64,000 nucleotides of DNA, from NCBI GenBank assembly GCA_964505085.1, contig CAZDGP010000002.1:32421-96420 (forward strand). Direction: 5' to 3'. Made by a program: the position numbers and the translations under genes. This DNA is from an uncultured Thermoplasmatales archaeon (GTDB taxonomy: Archaea; Thermoplasmatota; SW-10-69-26; JACQPN01; CAZDGP01). The first letter of the stretch is position 1. Each line of letters starts with the position of its first letter. The notes below the pieces were generated by a model. That model was not told the origin of the DNA. It saw nothing but the letters and a program-made list of their open reading frames with translations, and ran no database searches. This document shows, piece by piece, positions 53,219 through 63,072 of this stretch.

Positions 53219-54247
53219 ATGCCTCCCAGGAACCTACTCCCCGGGTTGTCCGCGGTGCTCCTCCTGTCCATGGTGGCCCTGGCCCCCATGGCTGCGGCCC
53301 AGGTGGGTGAGGAGTACTACGTGCCGCCGGCCACGGACCTCGCCGACCAGGTGCAGGGCCTCTTCAACCTCATCTTCTGGATCGGTCTCGCGGTCCTCGT
53401 CTTCGTGGAGGTCCTCATCGTGGTGGCCTTCGTGAAGTTCCGGGACAACGAGGACGTGCCGGAGAACGAGACGCGCCGGGGCAACCACCGCCTGGAGATC
53501 GCGTGGACGGCGGTGCCCGCCGTCATCCTGCTCCTCGTGGGGGGCCTGAGCGCGGGCACGCTCTTCGAGCTCGACCACGTGCCCGAGGATGCGGACTTCG
53601 CCGTGGGCGTGGACGCCCAGCAGTTCGCGTGGGTGAGCACGTACCCCATCTCCGAGGACGGGGCGGAGCTCCGCCCGAGCTTCAACACGCTCCGGGTGGA
53701 GGAGGGCTCCACCGTGCAGATGGACATCACCGCCAGCGACGTCATCCACAGCCTGTGGGTGCCGGAGTTCGCCATCAAGATCGACGCCGTGCCAGGCCGC
53801 ACGAACCACCAGTGGTTCCACACGCCCGCGTACGAGGAGGGCGGGGACAACGAGTACTTCCTCCAGTGCGCCGAGTACTGCGGCGTGGGCCACCACGACA
53901 TGCAGGGGAGCATCGTGGTCTTCCCCGAGGGTGAGCAGAACGTTCCCTACGGCACCGTGCCCCGGGACGAGGCCGTCACCTTCACCCTGGGGGAGGCGGG
54001 TGCCCCCGCGGACGTGGACCCCGCGAACCTGGAGATGGCCCTGGGCGAGGGCCTCCACCTCACGGTGGTGAACCCCGCGAACAACACGGAGGCCGCGAGC
54101 TTCGTGGTCCCCGGGTACGACGTGGGGTCCCCCACGCTCCAACCCGGTGCGCGCTGGAGCTACAAGCTCTTCCTCACGGACGAGGGGACCTTCGAGTACG
54201 GGACGCCGGAGGGCGGGCTCGACGGCACCCTCACGGTGTCCCCGTAA
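53219..54247 (+). CDS. Cytochrome c oxidase subunit II (CuA) with an about 100-aa C-terminal beta-sandwich extension.
   Basis: Signal/TM N-terminus. CuA motif HSLWVPEF..CAEYCGVGHHDM. The extra C-terminal domain has no Cu ligands. ATG 53219 (track TTG at 53201). Confidence 0.85.
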   Translation: MPPRNLLPGLSAVLLLSMVALAPMAAAQVGEEYYVPPATDLADQVQGLFNLIFWIGLAVLVFVEVLIVVAFVKFRDNEDVPENETRRGNHRLEIAWTAVPAVILLLVGGLSAGTLFELDHVPEDADFAVGVDAQQFAWVSTYPISEDGAELRPSFNTLRVEEGSTVQMDITASDVIHSLWVPEFAIKIDAVPGRTNHQWFHTPAYEEGGDNEYFLQCAEYCGVGHHDMQGSIVVFPEGEQNVPYGTVPRDEAVTFTLGEAGAPADVDPANLEMALGEGLHLTVVNPANNTEAASFVVPGYDVGSPTLQPGARWSYKLFLTDEGTFEYGTPEGGLDGTLTVSP

Positions 54248-54290
54248 CCCGGGCACCCACCCGTCTCCCCCTGGTCCTTCGCCTTCCTCG

Positions 54291-57035
54291 TTACCCTGCA
54301 GCAGGGTAGGGTGGCACGTCCACCACCTGACCCTCCAGCACGGCCTCGTCCGGAACCTCCACCTGGAGGGCTCGGGCGGGCGCGTCGGGCGGGTCCACGT
54401 GCACCGTGTAGCTGCCGCGGCTCACCACGTCCCGTCCCGCCTCCCCCGTGGGGGGCCCGGTGGCGTAGCTTACGCGGAGCCGGTACGTGCCGTCGGCCCC
54501 TGCGAGGGTGGTGCGCTCGTACCCGAAGGTGCGGTCGCTACCCGTGGTGAGGGTGACGTTGGCGGTGACGTTGCTCCCGGCGGGAGCTTCCCCCGCGAGC
54601 ACCGCGCCCTCCACGCGCTCGAAGGTGTCGAGGGTGCTCGTCACGTGGGCGTTGTACGCCAGGCCCACCACCTGGTTCCCGTTGAGGGTCCGCACCTGGA
54701 AGGGTTCGCCCCGGGCGGCCGCCTGGAAGGCCGCCTGCTCGTCCACCGGCACCACGCCGCAGCGGGCGCTGGGGAACATCGTGTGGAAGCAGAGGGGGTT
54801 CCCGTCACCCTGGATGGGGGCGACGCTTCCCACGAACCGCAGGTCCGGGGACTCCCGCACGAGGCGCACGTTGGGGAGGCCGTCGGCATCCAGCTCGAAG
54901 AGGTGGTACATGGTGCTCTCCCGGTACGCGTCGGTCATCTGGAGCACCCGGTGTTGCTCCCCGTCGGGGAACCCGATCTCCTTGACGCTGCTGGGATCGT
55001 CCCGGCTGGGGAAGTGGTGCCCGGCCTTGGCCCAGACGGTGATGGCGCCGAACTTCCCCGTGGCCATGGCGTCGTCGATCATGATGTAGCGCACGAACCC
55101 GTCACCTTCCCAGTCCCGGAGGAGGTCCTCGCTCTCCTCGGGGGGGTTGGTGAAGTACTCGCTGGCGAAGGGCGCCGCTTGCTGGAAGGGGTTCGCCACG
55201 GGCGGCCGCTCGCCGGTGAGCTGGATCCAGTGCCCGTAGTCCCACCAGGAGAGCACACCGTACCGCTCCGGGCTCATCTCCAGGGGGCCGTCGTGGTGCC
55301 CTGTGATGCTGAACCCGGGGATGCTGGGGGTGTTGTCCCGGAGCCACAGGAGCTCGGGCTCCCACTCCGCCTCCTCCCCTGGTCGCATGCTCTCGCTCAC
55401 CTTCCACGCTTGGAAGGGGCGGGCGTCGGTCTCCACCACGAGACCCGGAAGGAGGAAGAGCCCCACGAGGGCCACCGTCCCCAACTGCATGGGAAGGCTC
55501 GTGCCCGCCCCCCGGGCCTTGGCCTTCGTCCTGCGGCCCCGTTTCCGGCTGGAGCCCCCGCTCTTGGCTTGCTCCCCCGTGACGAGGCGCTGGAGGCGGT
55601 CCGCGAGACCCGTCCAGGTGGCGACGCGGGCCATGAGGACGCCGGCGAGCACCGCCACCACGACGCTCATGTAGTAGTTGAACCGCACCTGGTTCAGCGT
55701 GGCCACGGTGACGACGAGCCCCCAGATGAGGAGCACCGAGGGCGTGGTCTCGCCGCTGCGGAACGCCTCCCAACCCACCACCGCGAGGCCCGCGAGGGCG
55801 GGGATGACGAGGTACCCGTGCTGGTCCATGAGGCCTCCCCACCCGGTGGCCCGCACCTCGGCGATGGTGCTGACGCCGGTGCCGGCGTTGATGCCCGTGA
55901 CCCACACGAGGGCGCTCCGGAGGGACCCCACGACCTCCGGGAGGGCGAGGGCGAGGACCAGCACCGCCGCCAGGGCCGAGGCGGCGGCGAGGCCCGGGTA
56001 GGCTGCCTGGGGGAGGTCACGGCGCGTGGTCTCCCGGCGGAGCCCCTGGAGCACGAGGACGCCCACGGCGGAGATCACGAGGAGCAGGGGTTGCATGACG
56101 CTCACGCGGTGGAGGTGGAGGCCCTCCGTCCACCCGAAGGGCACGAGGACGAGGGCGGCCGCGAGGAAGGTGACGGTGGCCATCAGGGTGGTGCCGCCGG
56201 TGGGCTGGTCCCGGTGGTGGGCCACGAGGTAGCGGGTGAGGAGCGCGATGCCCAGGATGCCCACGAAGAGGATGCCGTAGTTCCATACGAGGAGGTAGAT
56301 GGCGAGCGCCAACCCGGCGAGGATGCTGGCGCCCACCACGTGGAGGAGGGGTCGCCGGGGAGCTTCCGTCAGGCGGGTGCGGAGGGTGTCCAGGTCCTCT
56401 GGCAGAGGGTTCCACAGGGGTTCGAGGTGGTCCTGGTGGGTCTTGGTGACGCGGTGCGCCCAGAGGAACGCGGCGATGGCGAGGGTGCTGAGGAGCGCCT
56501 CGGCCACGTGGTGGTCGAAGTACCCGGCGACGCTGCGCACGAGGAACTCGCCGCTGATGAAGGCGATGCTGACGGCGGCCCACGCGCCGGCGATGCGTCC
56601 TCCCGCCTGCCGGGCCACGAGCCACACGGGCACCACGGTGAGGGCGCCGAGGACCGCGGGGTAGATGGCGACGCCGGTGCGGATCGTCTCCATGCTCGGG
56701 GGTGAACCGCCGCCGACGAGGAGGAGGACGCCGGCGATGACGATGTCGAAGAGGGTGCCGAACTGCCCGCTGGCGGTGCCGAGGGGGTAGTACGTCCAGG
56801 GGTCGAAGGTGAGGACCTGGGGGAAGTGGTGGAGGGTGACGAGGACGTTCCGGAGGTGGTAGTAGGGGTCGGTGCCCACGAAGAAGACGGTGCCGTCCCG
56901 GGTGAGGGGTTCGAGGCTCTGGAGCCGCACCCACAGCATGAAGCCGAAGGCCGCCACCACGAGGGCGGCTTCGCCCAGGTGCACGAGCCATCGACGTTGC
57001 GTGGGCGTGAGAGAGCCCTCTTCCGGGGAGGTCAT
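54291..57035 (-). CDS. aglB: Archaeal oligosaccharyltransferase AglB (STT3 family).
   Basis: 13-TM N-terminal domain and the WWDYGHW catalytic motif. ATG at 57033-57035 (MTSPEEGSL..). A hairpin taccctgcagcagggta overlaps the stop codon. Confidence 0.9.
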   Translation of the reverse strand: MTSPEEGSLTPTQRRWLVHLGEAALVVAAFGFMLWVRLQSLEPLTRDGTVFFVGTDPYYHLRNVLVTLHHFPQVLTFDPWTYYPLGTASGQFGTLFDIVIAGVLLLVGGGSPPSMETIRTGVAIYPAVLGALTVVPVWLVARQAGGRIAGAWAAVSIAFISGEFLVRSVAGYFDHHVAEALLSTLAIAAFLWAHRVTKTHQDHLEPLWNPLPEDLDTLRTRLTEAPRRPLLHVVGASILAGLALAIYLLVWNYGILFVGILGIALLTRYLVAHHRDQPTGGTTLMATVTFLAAALVLVPFGWTEGLHLHRVSVMQPLLLVISAVGVLVLQGLRRETTRRDLPQAAYPGLAAASALAAVLVLALALPEVVGSLRSALVWVTGINAGTGVSTIAEVRATGWGGLMDQHGYLVIPALAGLAVVGWEAFRSGETTPSVLLIWGLVVTVATLNQVRFNYYMSVVVAVLAGVLMARVATWTGLADRLQRLVTGEQAKSGGSSRKRGRRTKAKARGAGTSLPMQLGTVALVGLFLLPGLVVETDARPFQAWKVSESMRPGEEAEWEPELLWLRDNTPSIPGFSITGHHDGPLEMSPERYGVLSWWDYGHWIQLTGERPPVANPFQQAAPFASEYFTNPPEESEDLLRDWEGDGFVRYIMIDDAMATGKFGAITVWAKAGHHFPSRDDPSSVKEIGFPDGEQHRVLQMTDAYRESTMYHLFELDADGLPNVRLVRESPDLRFVGSVAPIQGDGNPLCFHTMFPSARCGVVPVDEQAAFQAAARGEPFQVRTLNGNQVVGLAYNAHVTSTLDTFERVEGAVLAGEAPAGSNVTANVTLTTGSDRTFGYERTTLAGADGTYRLRVSYATGPPTGEAGRDVVSRGSYTVHVDPPDAPARALQVEVPDEAVLEGQVVDVPPYPAAG

Positions 57036-57136
57036 GGTGACGAGGCCCAGAAGGCACCGCCTGGGCCTTGAACCCATCCCTTCGCGGTGGCGTGCTTCAG
57101 GGAGGTTCAAGTGACCGTGGCCGCTTGGGGGACGGG

Positions 57137-57919
57137 ATGACGGACGATACGTTGGAGGCGGCAGCACGGGATATCGCCCACGCGGGTCCTCGGGGGGTGG
57201 TGGCGTTCACGGGCGCCGGCGTGAGCACCGAGAGCGGCATCCCGGACTTCCGCAGCCCCGGGGGGTTGTGGGACACGTACGATCCCTCGGAGTTCACGAT
57301 CCGGCGGTTCCGGGAGGACCCGGCGCGATACTGGGAGCTTCGGGGACGCCTCATGGAGGCCATGGACCTCGACAGCATCGAACCCAACCCCGCCCACGAG
57401 GCCCTCGCCACGCTGGAGGAGACGGGGCTCCTGCGGAGCGTGGTGACGCAGAACATCGACGGGCTCCACCAGGCAGCCGGCAACGCTCACCACCGCGTGC
57501 TGGAGGTCCACGGGAGCGCCCGGGAGGTCGTGTGCGTGGCCTGCGGCGAGCGGTACCCCTACGAGGTGGCGCGGGAGGCGCTGGACCGGGACGTGCGTCC
57601 ACCGCCCTGCCCCACCTGCGGGGGGGCGTTGAAGCCCGGCACGGTGCTCTTCGGCGAGGCGCTTCCGCAGGACGTGTTCAAGCAGGCGCGGGAGCACGCG
57701 CGCGACGCGGAGGTGTTCATCGTGGTGGGGTCGAGCCTGGGGGTCTACCCGGCGGCGGACCTCCCCCGCATCGCGAAGGCGCAGGGGGCGGTGCTCGTCA
57801 TCGTGAACCGGGACCCCACGCCCCAGGACGAGCTTGCGGACCACGTGCTCCATGGGGAGGCGGGCACCATCGTCCCGAAGCTGGTGGAACGTGGCTTGGA
57901 GCTGAGGGATGATGGTTGA
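57137..57919 (+). CDS. cobB: NAD-dependent protein deacylase (sirtuin, Sir2 family).
   Basis: AFTGAGVSTESGIPDFRSPGGLWD..VTQNIDGLH..CVACG..CPTCGG (Zn ribbon)..VVGSSL. Confidence 0.85.
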   Translation: MTDDTLEAAARDIAHAGPRGVVAFTGAGVSTESGIPDFRSPGGLWDTYDPSEFTIRRFREDPARYWELRGRLMEAMDLDSIEPNPAHEALATLEETGLLRSVVTQNIDGLHQAAGNAHHRVLEVHGSAREVVCVACGERYPYEVAREALDRDVRPPPCPTCGGALKPGTVLFGEALPQDVFKQAREHARDAEVFIVVGSSLGVYPAADLPRIAKAQGAVLVIVNRDPTPQDELADHVLHGEAGTIVPKLVERGLELRDDG

Positions 57920-58061
57920 CCGCCGGGCCGGTTCGACGCTGGGCGAAGCCCAAGGAGGACCGGTGCAGGCGGGAGAGCTCGTTCCCCGGTTGGTTCAGCG
58001 TGGTCTCGAACTGCGGGACGAGCTCTAACCGCCACGGGGGGGCGCCGCGTGCGTCGGTGGA

Positions 58062-58502
58062 TCAGGCGCTGGTCGCGGGGTCCAACCGCGCTTTGAGCGC
58101 CTTGTTCATGGCCACGATGCCATCGAGCACCGCGAGGATCGTGTCCTTGATGAAGGGTACGAGGGGGCCCTTGAGATCCTGGCGCTGCATCACGTGCGTT
58201 CCGCCGTCCTCGGTGGGTTCGAGGAAGAGACGGTGCTCGGCGACGAGCACGGGGATCCACCCCACGCGGGTGCGCAGCACGAGCTCCTCTCCGGGCACGG
58301 CCTTCGCCACCTTCACCTCCAGGTCACGCTGGGGTTGGCCCGTCGGGGAGAGCTGGAGCGTCACCTCCTCACCCCGCTGGAGCGTGCCCTCCATGTGGGG
58401 CACGAGGGGGTTCCACTCGGGGTAGGAGGTGACGTCGGTGAGGAGCTCCCACACGCGGTGGGGGCTGGCCTCCACCACGATGTCGGAGCGAAGGATACGC
58501 AT
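58062..58502 (-). CDS. SRPBCC (polyketide cyclase/Bet v1-like) domain protein.
   Basis: MRILRSDIVVEASPHRVWELLTDVTSYPEWNPLV... 146 aa. The upstream 211 aa of the track ORF is an artefact. Start coordinate is within about 1 nt (my index check of the start codon was ambiguous). Confidence 0.7.
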   Translation of the reverse strand: MRILRSDIVVEASPHRVWELLTDVTSYPEWNPLVPHMEGTLQRGEEVTLQLSPTGQPQRDLEVKVAKAVPGEELVLRTRVGWIPVLVAEHRLFLEPTEDGGTHVMQRQDLKGPLVPFIKDTILAVLDGIVAMNKALKARLDPATSA

Positions 58503-59184
58503 GGAGGCCAGTGGGATGGCTTGGGTGATGAAGGTTGCGGTGGGGGGAGGTTCGGGCGACCCCCCCTGGGAGCCTATCCCTCGTCGGCGGCGAAGGGGTT
58601 CGGGCCCCACGCGTCGTCGAGGCGGTGGCACGTGACGGTGCCGTGGGTGCAGAGGGTGCCGTCGGGGGCGCGAAGCTCCACCTGCACCTGGCAACGTCGT
58701 CCATCCCACGGTCCCGCCTCGCCGTGGAGGGTCACGGGTGCGTCGTTGGGGGCCGGTCGCTCGTAGTCGAGGTCCACGCCGGCGGTGACCACCGCGGGGA
58801 AGGCTTCGTCGGGATGGTGGCGGGCCCAGTGGGCGGCGGCGGTCCAGATGGCGTGGCAGTCCAGGAGCGTCGCCTGGATGCCGCCGGCGAGGACGCCGGG
58901 GTAGCCCGCGTGGGCGTCCCCACCCTGCCAGGTGGCCTCGAGGCCTCCACCATCCTCCCGGGGGTAGGACTTGAGCTGGAGGCCCTGGGGGTTGTCGGGG
59001 CCGCACCCGAAGCAGGGGTTGTCGTGGGCCACCTGGTCCTGGAGCGCCGCGTCCGCGTCCCGCGTCATGGCCGGGGGAGGCTGATGGGGGGTGTTGAACC
59101 CTTCGCTCCGGAGGTTCAACACCGCAGGAAATCAAGTTTAGACACGGCGAAACTTATATCCGTGGGGTCTTCGTTGGCGGGGCG

Positions 59185-59907
59185 ATGATCTCCCAGTCCA
59201 TGGAGGACTACCTCAAGGCGCTCTACCAGCTCGGCGGCGCATCCACCCCTGGGGACCAGGATGACCCCGGGGACGACGCGGTGGCCGCCGACCCCACGCC
59301 CGTGCCCACCACGCACCTCGCCAACCACCTCGACGTGGCCCCCGCCAGCGCCACGAGCATGGTGAAGAAGCTCGCGGAGCGGAACCTCGTGGAGCACACG
59401 CCCTACCGGGGCGCTGTGCTCACGGAGGGCGGCCGCAAGATGGCTCTCGAGGTGCTCCGCCACCACCGGCTCCTGGAGCTCTACCTCATGGAGGCCCTCG
59501 GGTACACTTGGGACGAGGTCCACGAGGAAGCCTGCCGCCTCGAGCACGCGGTGAGCCCCCGCTTCGTCGAACGCATCGAGGAGGCGCTGGGCCACCCCAA
59601 CGTGGACCCCCACGGCGACCCCATCCCGCGAGCCGACGGGTCCCTGCCCGACGTGAGCCGCGAGAGCCTCCTGGCCCTCGACGAGGGCGACGAGGGGGAG
59701 GTGGCCCGCGTCGCCGACCAGGACCCCGGCAAGCTCCGGTACCTCGGGGAGCAGGAGCTCTACCCCGGCACCCGCATCCGCCTGGTGGAGAAGCCCCCGG
59801 AGGCCGCGGGCTTCCTCCGCATCGAGGTGGGCGACCGGGAGGTCGTCCTGGGACGGGACATCGCCGCCGCCATCCTCGTCCAACCCACACTGGAGGTGCG
59901 TGCCTGA
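59185..59907 (+). CDS. DtxR/MntR-family metal-dependent transcriptional repressor with a C-terminal FeoA/SH3-like domain.
   Basis: MEDYLKALYQL..THLANHLDVAPASATSMVKKL..HHRLLELYL..GHPNVDPHGDPIP; contains an acidic insertion. Confidence 0.85.
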   Translation: MISQSMEDYLKALYQLGGASTPGDQDDPGDDAVAADPTPVPTTHLANHLDVAPASATSMVKKLAERNLVEHTPYRGAVLTEGGRKMALEVLRHHRLLELYLMEALGYTWDEVHEEACRLEHAVSPRFVERIEEALGHPNVDPHGDPIPRADGSLPDVSRESLLALDEGDEGEVARVADQDPGKLRYLGEQELYPGTRIRLVEKPPEAAGFLRIEVGDREVVLGRDIAAAILVQPTLEVRA

Positions 59908-61040
59908 TGTCCGGCAACGACGACGAGGGCTCCGGGTGGTCCCGCCGCGCCTTCCTCACCGCCGGCGCCGCCACCGCCGGCGCCGCCCTCGGAAGCAAGC
60001 TCCTGGAGCCCGTGAGGGCCGCCTCCAACCCCAACGGGAAGCACCCCCACGCGGGGATGCGGCCCGTGGGATCCACCCGCACCGACGACTTCGACCCCTA
60101 CGCCTTCCTCACGGACTTCAACTGGGGTGACGAGGTCATCGACAACGGCGACGGCACCAAGACCCGCATCTACCGCATCACCGCCTCCGACATCGAGATC
60201 GAGGTGGCGCCCGGCGTCACGTTCAACGCGTGGGCGTACAACGGGCAGGTCCCCGGACCCACCCTGCGGGCGAGGGAGGGGGACACCATCCAGATCGAGT
60301 TCCAGAACGCCGGCAGCCACCCCCACACCATCCACTTCCACGGGATCCACGGCGCCAGCCAGGACGGTGTCCCCGGCGCAGGCGACGGCATGATCGACCA
60401 GGGTGAGTCCACCACGTACACCTTCCCGGCGGAGCCCTGGGGCGTGCACCTCTACCACTGCCACAGCGTCCCCCTCAAGCGCCACATCCACAAGGGCCTC
60501 TACGGCGCGTACATCGTGGACCCGCGGGAGCCCCTGGACCCCACCGTGAGCGATCCCTGGGGGACCGAGGTGGAGAACGAGCTCGTCATGGTGATGAACG
60601 GGTTCGACACGAACTTCGACGGGGACAACGAGATCTACGCCGTGAACACGAAGGCGTTCTGTTACGCCGAGCGCCCCATCCGCATCACGCGGGGGAAGCG
60701 CCAGCGCGTCTTCCTCGTGAACGCCACGGAGTTCGACGCCGTGAACAGCTTCCACCTCCACGGGAACTTCTTCGACTTCTGGCAGATGGGTCGCAAGGAC
60801 AACCCCAAGATCTTCCACGACACCATCAGCATGGTGCAGGCGCAACGGGGCCTCCTGGAGTTCACCTTCGACACGGAACCGGGCAAGTACATGTTCCACG
60901 CGCACCAAAGCGAGTTCGCGGAGCTCGGATGGATGAGCTTCTTCGACGTGGTGGAGGACGACGGCACCCCCACCGACCCCGTGACGCCCCCGGTGCCCCA
61001 CACACCTGCCCCTGTTGACGACGGGGGGCTCCTCGGATGA
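59907..61040 (+). CDS. Tat-secreted small (two-domain) multicopper oxidase.
   Basis: Twin-arginine signal SRRAFLTAGAATAGAALG. Cu-binding motifs HTIHFHG, HLYHCHSVPLKRHIH, FHLHGNFF, FHAHQSEF. Start overlaps the DtxR stop (ATGA). Confidence 0.85.
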   Translation: MSGNDDEGSGWSRRAFLTAGAATAGAALGSKLLEPVRAASNPNGKHPHAGMRPVGSTRTDDFDPYAFLTDFNWGDEVIDNGDGTKTRIYRITASDIEIEVAPGVTFNAWAYNGQVPGPTLRAREGDTIQIEFQNAGSHPHTIHFHGIHGASQDGVPGAGDGMIDQGESTTYTFPAEPWGVHLYHCHSVPLKRHIHKGLYGAYIVDPREPLDPTVSDPWGTEVENELVMVMNGFDTNFDGDNEIYAVNTKAFCYAERPIRITRGKRQRVFLVNATEFDAVNSFHLHGNFFDFWQMGRKDNPKIFHDTISMVQAQRGLLEFTFDTEPGKYMFHAHQSEFAELGWMSFFDVVEDDGTPTDPVTPPVPHTPAPVDDGGLLG

Positions 61041-62242
61041 GCTCCCGCCCATCCCCCGAGGGGGAGAGCCGCGGGCTCTTCACCCGCAGCCTCCTCTTCA
61101 TCCTCCCCATCGCCCTCGTCCTCGCGGCCGTGGGCCTCATGGTGGTGTGGAACCCCGCCAACCTCTTCACCGCCCCCGGCGGCCCCGTGGAGGAGATCGT
61201 CTTCCAGAAGGTCGTGCTGGAACCCGACCTCATCCGCTTCACCGTGGCCAACAGCGCCCCCGTCCCCGCCACCATATCCCAGGTCCTCGTGGACGAAGCC
61301 TACTGGGAGCATCGTATCGTGGACGGACCCCGCACCCTGGAACGCCTGGACACCGCCACCATCGAGCTGGATTACCCGTGGGTGCCCGGCGAGGACCACA
61401 ACCTCGTGGTGCTCCTGGACAACGGCGCCACCTTCGAGCACACCATCGTCGCCGCCAGCGCCACCCCAAGCCCCGGCATCGGCACCCTGGCCGCCCTGGC
61501 CCTCGTGGGGCTCCTCGTGGGCGTCTTCCCGGTGGCCCTGGGCATGCTGTGGTTCCCCCAGATCCAACGCATGAGCTCCCGGTGGCTCACGGGGTTCCTG
61601 GGCTTCACCCTGGGCCTCCTGGCGTTCCTCCTGGTGGACACCCTGGCGGAGGCCCTGGAGGTGGCGGAGCACGTCCTCGCCGTGGACGGACCGAACCTCG
61701 TGGCCATGGGCGCCATCGCCGCCTTCCTCGCGGTGCTCGTCACCGACCGCCTACGCCAACCCGCCGACGGGTCCTCCTCCCGCGCCCGGGACCCCGCGTG
61801 GCTCGCCCTCGCCATCGCCGTGGGCATCGGGCTCCACAACCTCGGCGAGGGCCTCGCCATCGGCAGCGCCTACGCCCTCGGGGAGGTGAGCCTCGGCATG
61901 TTCCTCTTCCTGGGCTTCGCCCTGCACAACATCACGGAGGGCCCCGCCATCCTGGCCCCGTTGAAGGAACGGAGCGTCACCCTACGGCAGGGCACAATCC
62001 TCGCCCTCGTCGGCGGCCTCCCCGCCGTCCTGGGCACGTGGATCGGAGGCGTCGCCTACACGCCCCTCTGGGCTGCGTTGTTCCTGTCGGTGGCCGCCGG
62101 CGCCATCGCCGTGGTGCTCGTGCAGGTGGGTGAGGTGCTCCGGGACGACCAGGACGGCATCCTCGTCACCACCCCCGCCGCCGTGGGCTTCCTCGTGGGC
62201 TTCCTCGTGATGCTCGTCACGGGAGCTCTGGTGGCGCTCTAG
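61037..62242 (+). CDS. ZIP-family metal transporter with an about 130-aa N-terminal extracytoplasmic domain.
   Basis: ZIP signatures HNLGEGLAIGSA and HNITEGPAI. Overlaps the MCO stop. Confidence 0.8.
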   Translation: MSSRPSPEGESRGLFTRSLLFILPIALVLAAVGLMVVWNPANLFTAPGGPVEEIVFQKVVLEPDLIRFTVANSAPVPATISQVLVDEAYWEHRIVDGPRTLERLDTATIELDYPWVPGEDHNLVVLLDNGATFEHTIVAASATPSPGIGTLAALALVGLLVGVFPVALGMLWFPQIQRMSSRWLTGFLGFTLGLLAFLLVDTLAEALEVAEHVLAVDGPNLVAMGAIAAFLAVLVTDRLRQPADGSSSRARDPAWLALAIAVGIGLHNLGEGLAIGSAYALGEVSLGMFLFLGFALHNITEGPAILAPLKERSVTLRQGTILALVGGLPAVLGTWIGGVAYTPLWAALFLSVAAGAIAVVLVQVGEVLRDDQDGILVTTPAAVGFLVGFLVMLVTGALVAL

Positions 62243-62251
62243 CGAGGCACG

Positions 62252-63067
62252 ATGACGAACGAGCTCCAGGACCTCTTCCTGAGCGTGACGGGGCACGACC
62301 CCGTGGTCCAGGCCCTCGTGGCCGGCCTCGTCATCGCGGGGTTCAACATGCTGGGGGCGATCCTCGTCCTCGTGTGGCGGAACCCCAGCGAACGCTCCCT
62401 GGACGGGGCCCTGGGATTCGCCGCCGGCGTCATGCTCGCCGCGAGCTTCACGAGCCTCATCCTCCCCGGCGTGGAGGCAGCTGGCGGGAGCGTGCTTCCG
62501 GTGCTCGTGGGCATCGCGTTGGGCGCTCTCGTGCTGGACCGGGCCGACGCGTGGGTGCCCCACGTGCACGTGCTCATCACCGGGAAGGCGCGCCCCGACG
62601 CCGCCCGGGACGGACGGCTCCCCGCGGCGAGCGTCATCCTCTTCATCGTGGCCGTGACGTTGCACAACATCCCCGAGGGCCTCGCCGTGGGCGTGGGCTT
62701 CGGCAGCGGCAACCTCGAGAACGCCCTGAGCCTCATGCTCGCCATCGGGTTCCAGAACGTGCCCGAGGGCCTCGCCGTGAGCGTCGCCGCCATCAACGCC
62801 GGGTTCGACCGCCGAAGCTACGCAGCCCTCGTGGGCATCCGCAGCGGGCTCGTGGAGGTGCCCCTCACGGTGCTGGGTGCGTGGGCGGTGATCGTCATGG
62901 CGCCGCTCCTCCCCTACGCCATGGGCTTCGCCGCCGGCGGCATGCTCTACGTCATCATGGACGAGATCGTGCCCGAGACCCACCTCCGAGGCCACGAACG
63001 CATCGCCACCCTCGGCCTCATGATCGGGGTCATCGTGATGCTTTGGCTGGACGTGGCTCTCACGTGA
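62252..63067 (+). CDS. zupT: ZIP-family zinc/metal transporter ZupT.
   Basis: HNIPEGLAVGVGF, QNVPEGLAVSVA and 8 TM helices. Confidence 0.85.
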   Translation: MTNELQDLFLSVTGHDPVVQALVAGLVIAGFNMLGAILVLVWRNPSERSLDGALGFAAGVMLAASFTSLILPGVEAAGGSVLPVLVGIALGALVLDRADAWVPHVHVLITGKARPDAARDGRLPAASVILFIVAVTLHNIPEGLAVGVGFGSGNLENALSLMLAIGFQNVPEGLAVSVAAINAGFDRRSYAALVGIRSGLVEVPLTVLGAWAVIVMAPLLPYAMGFAAGGMLYVIMDEIVPETHLRGHERIATLGLMIGVIVMLWLDVALT

Positions 63068-63072
63068 CCCCG

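Noticed and set aside
57881-58021. Sirtuin 3' duplication as an attL/attR pair of an integrated element.
   Set aside because: Only about 60 nt lie between the copies and no integrase or cargo is present, so it is not a current integration. Kept as a finding only as a possible scar or alternative C-terminus.
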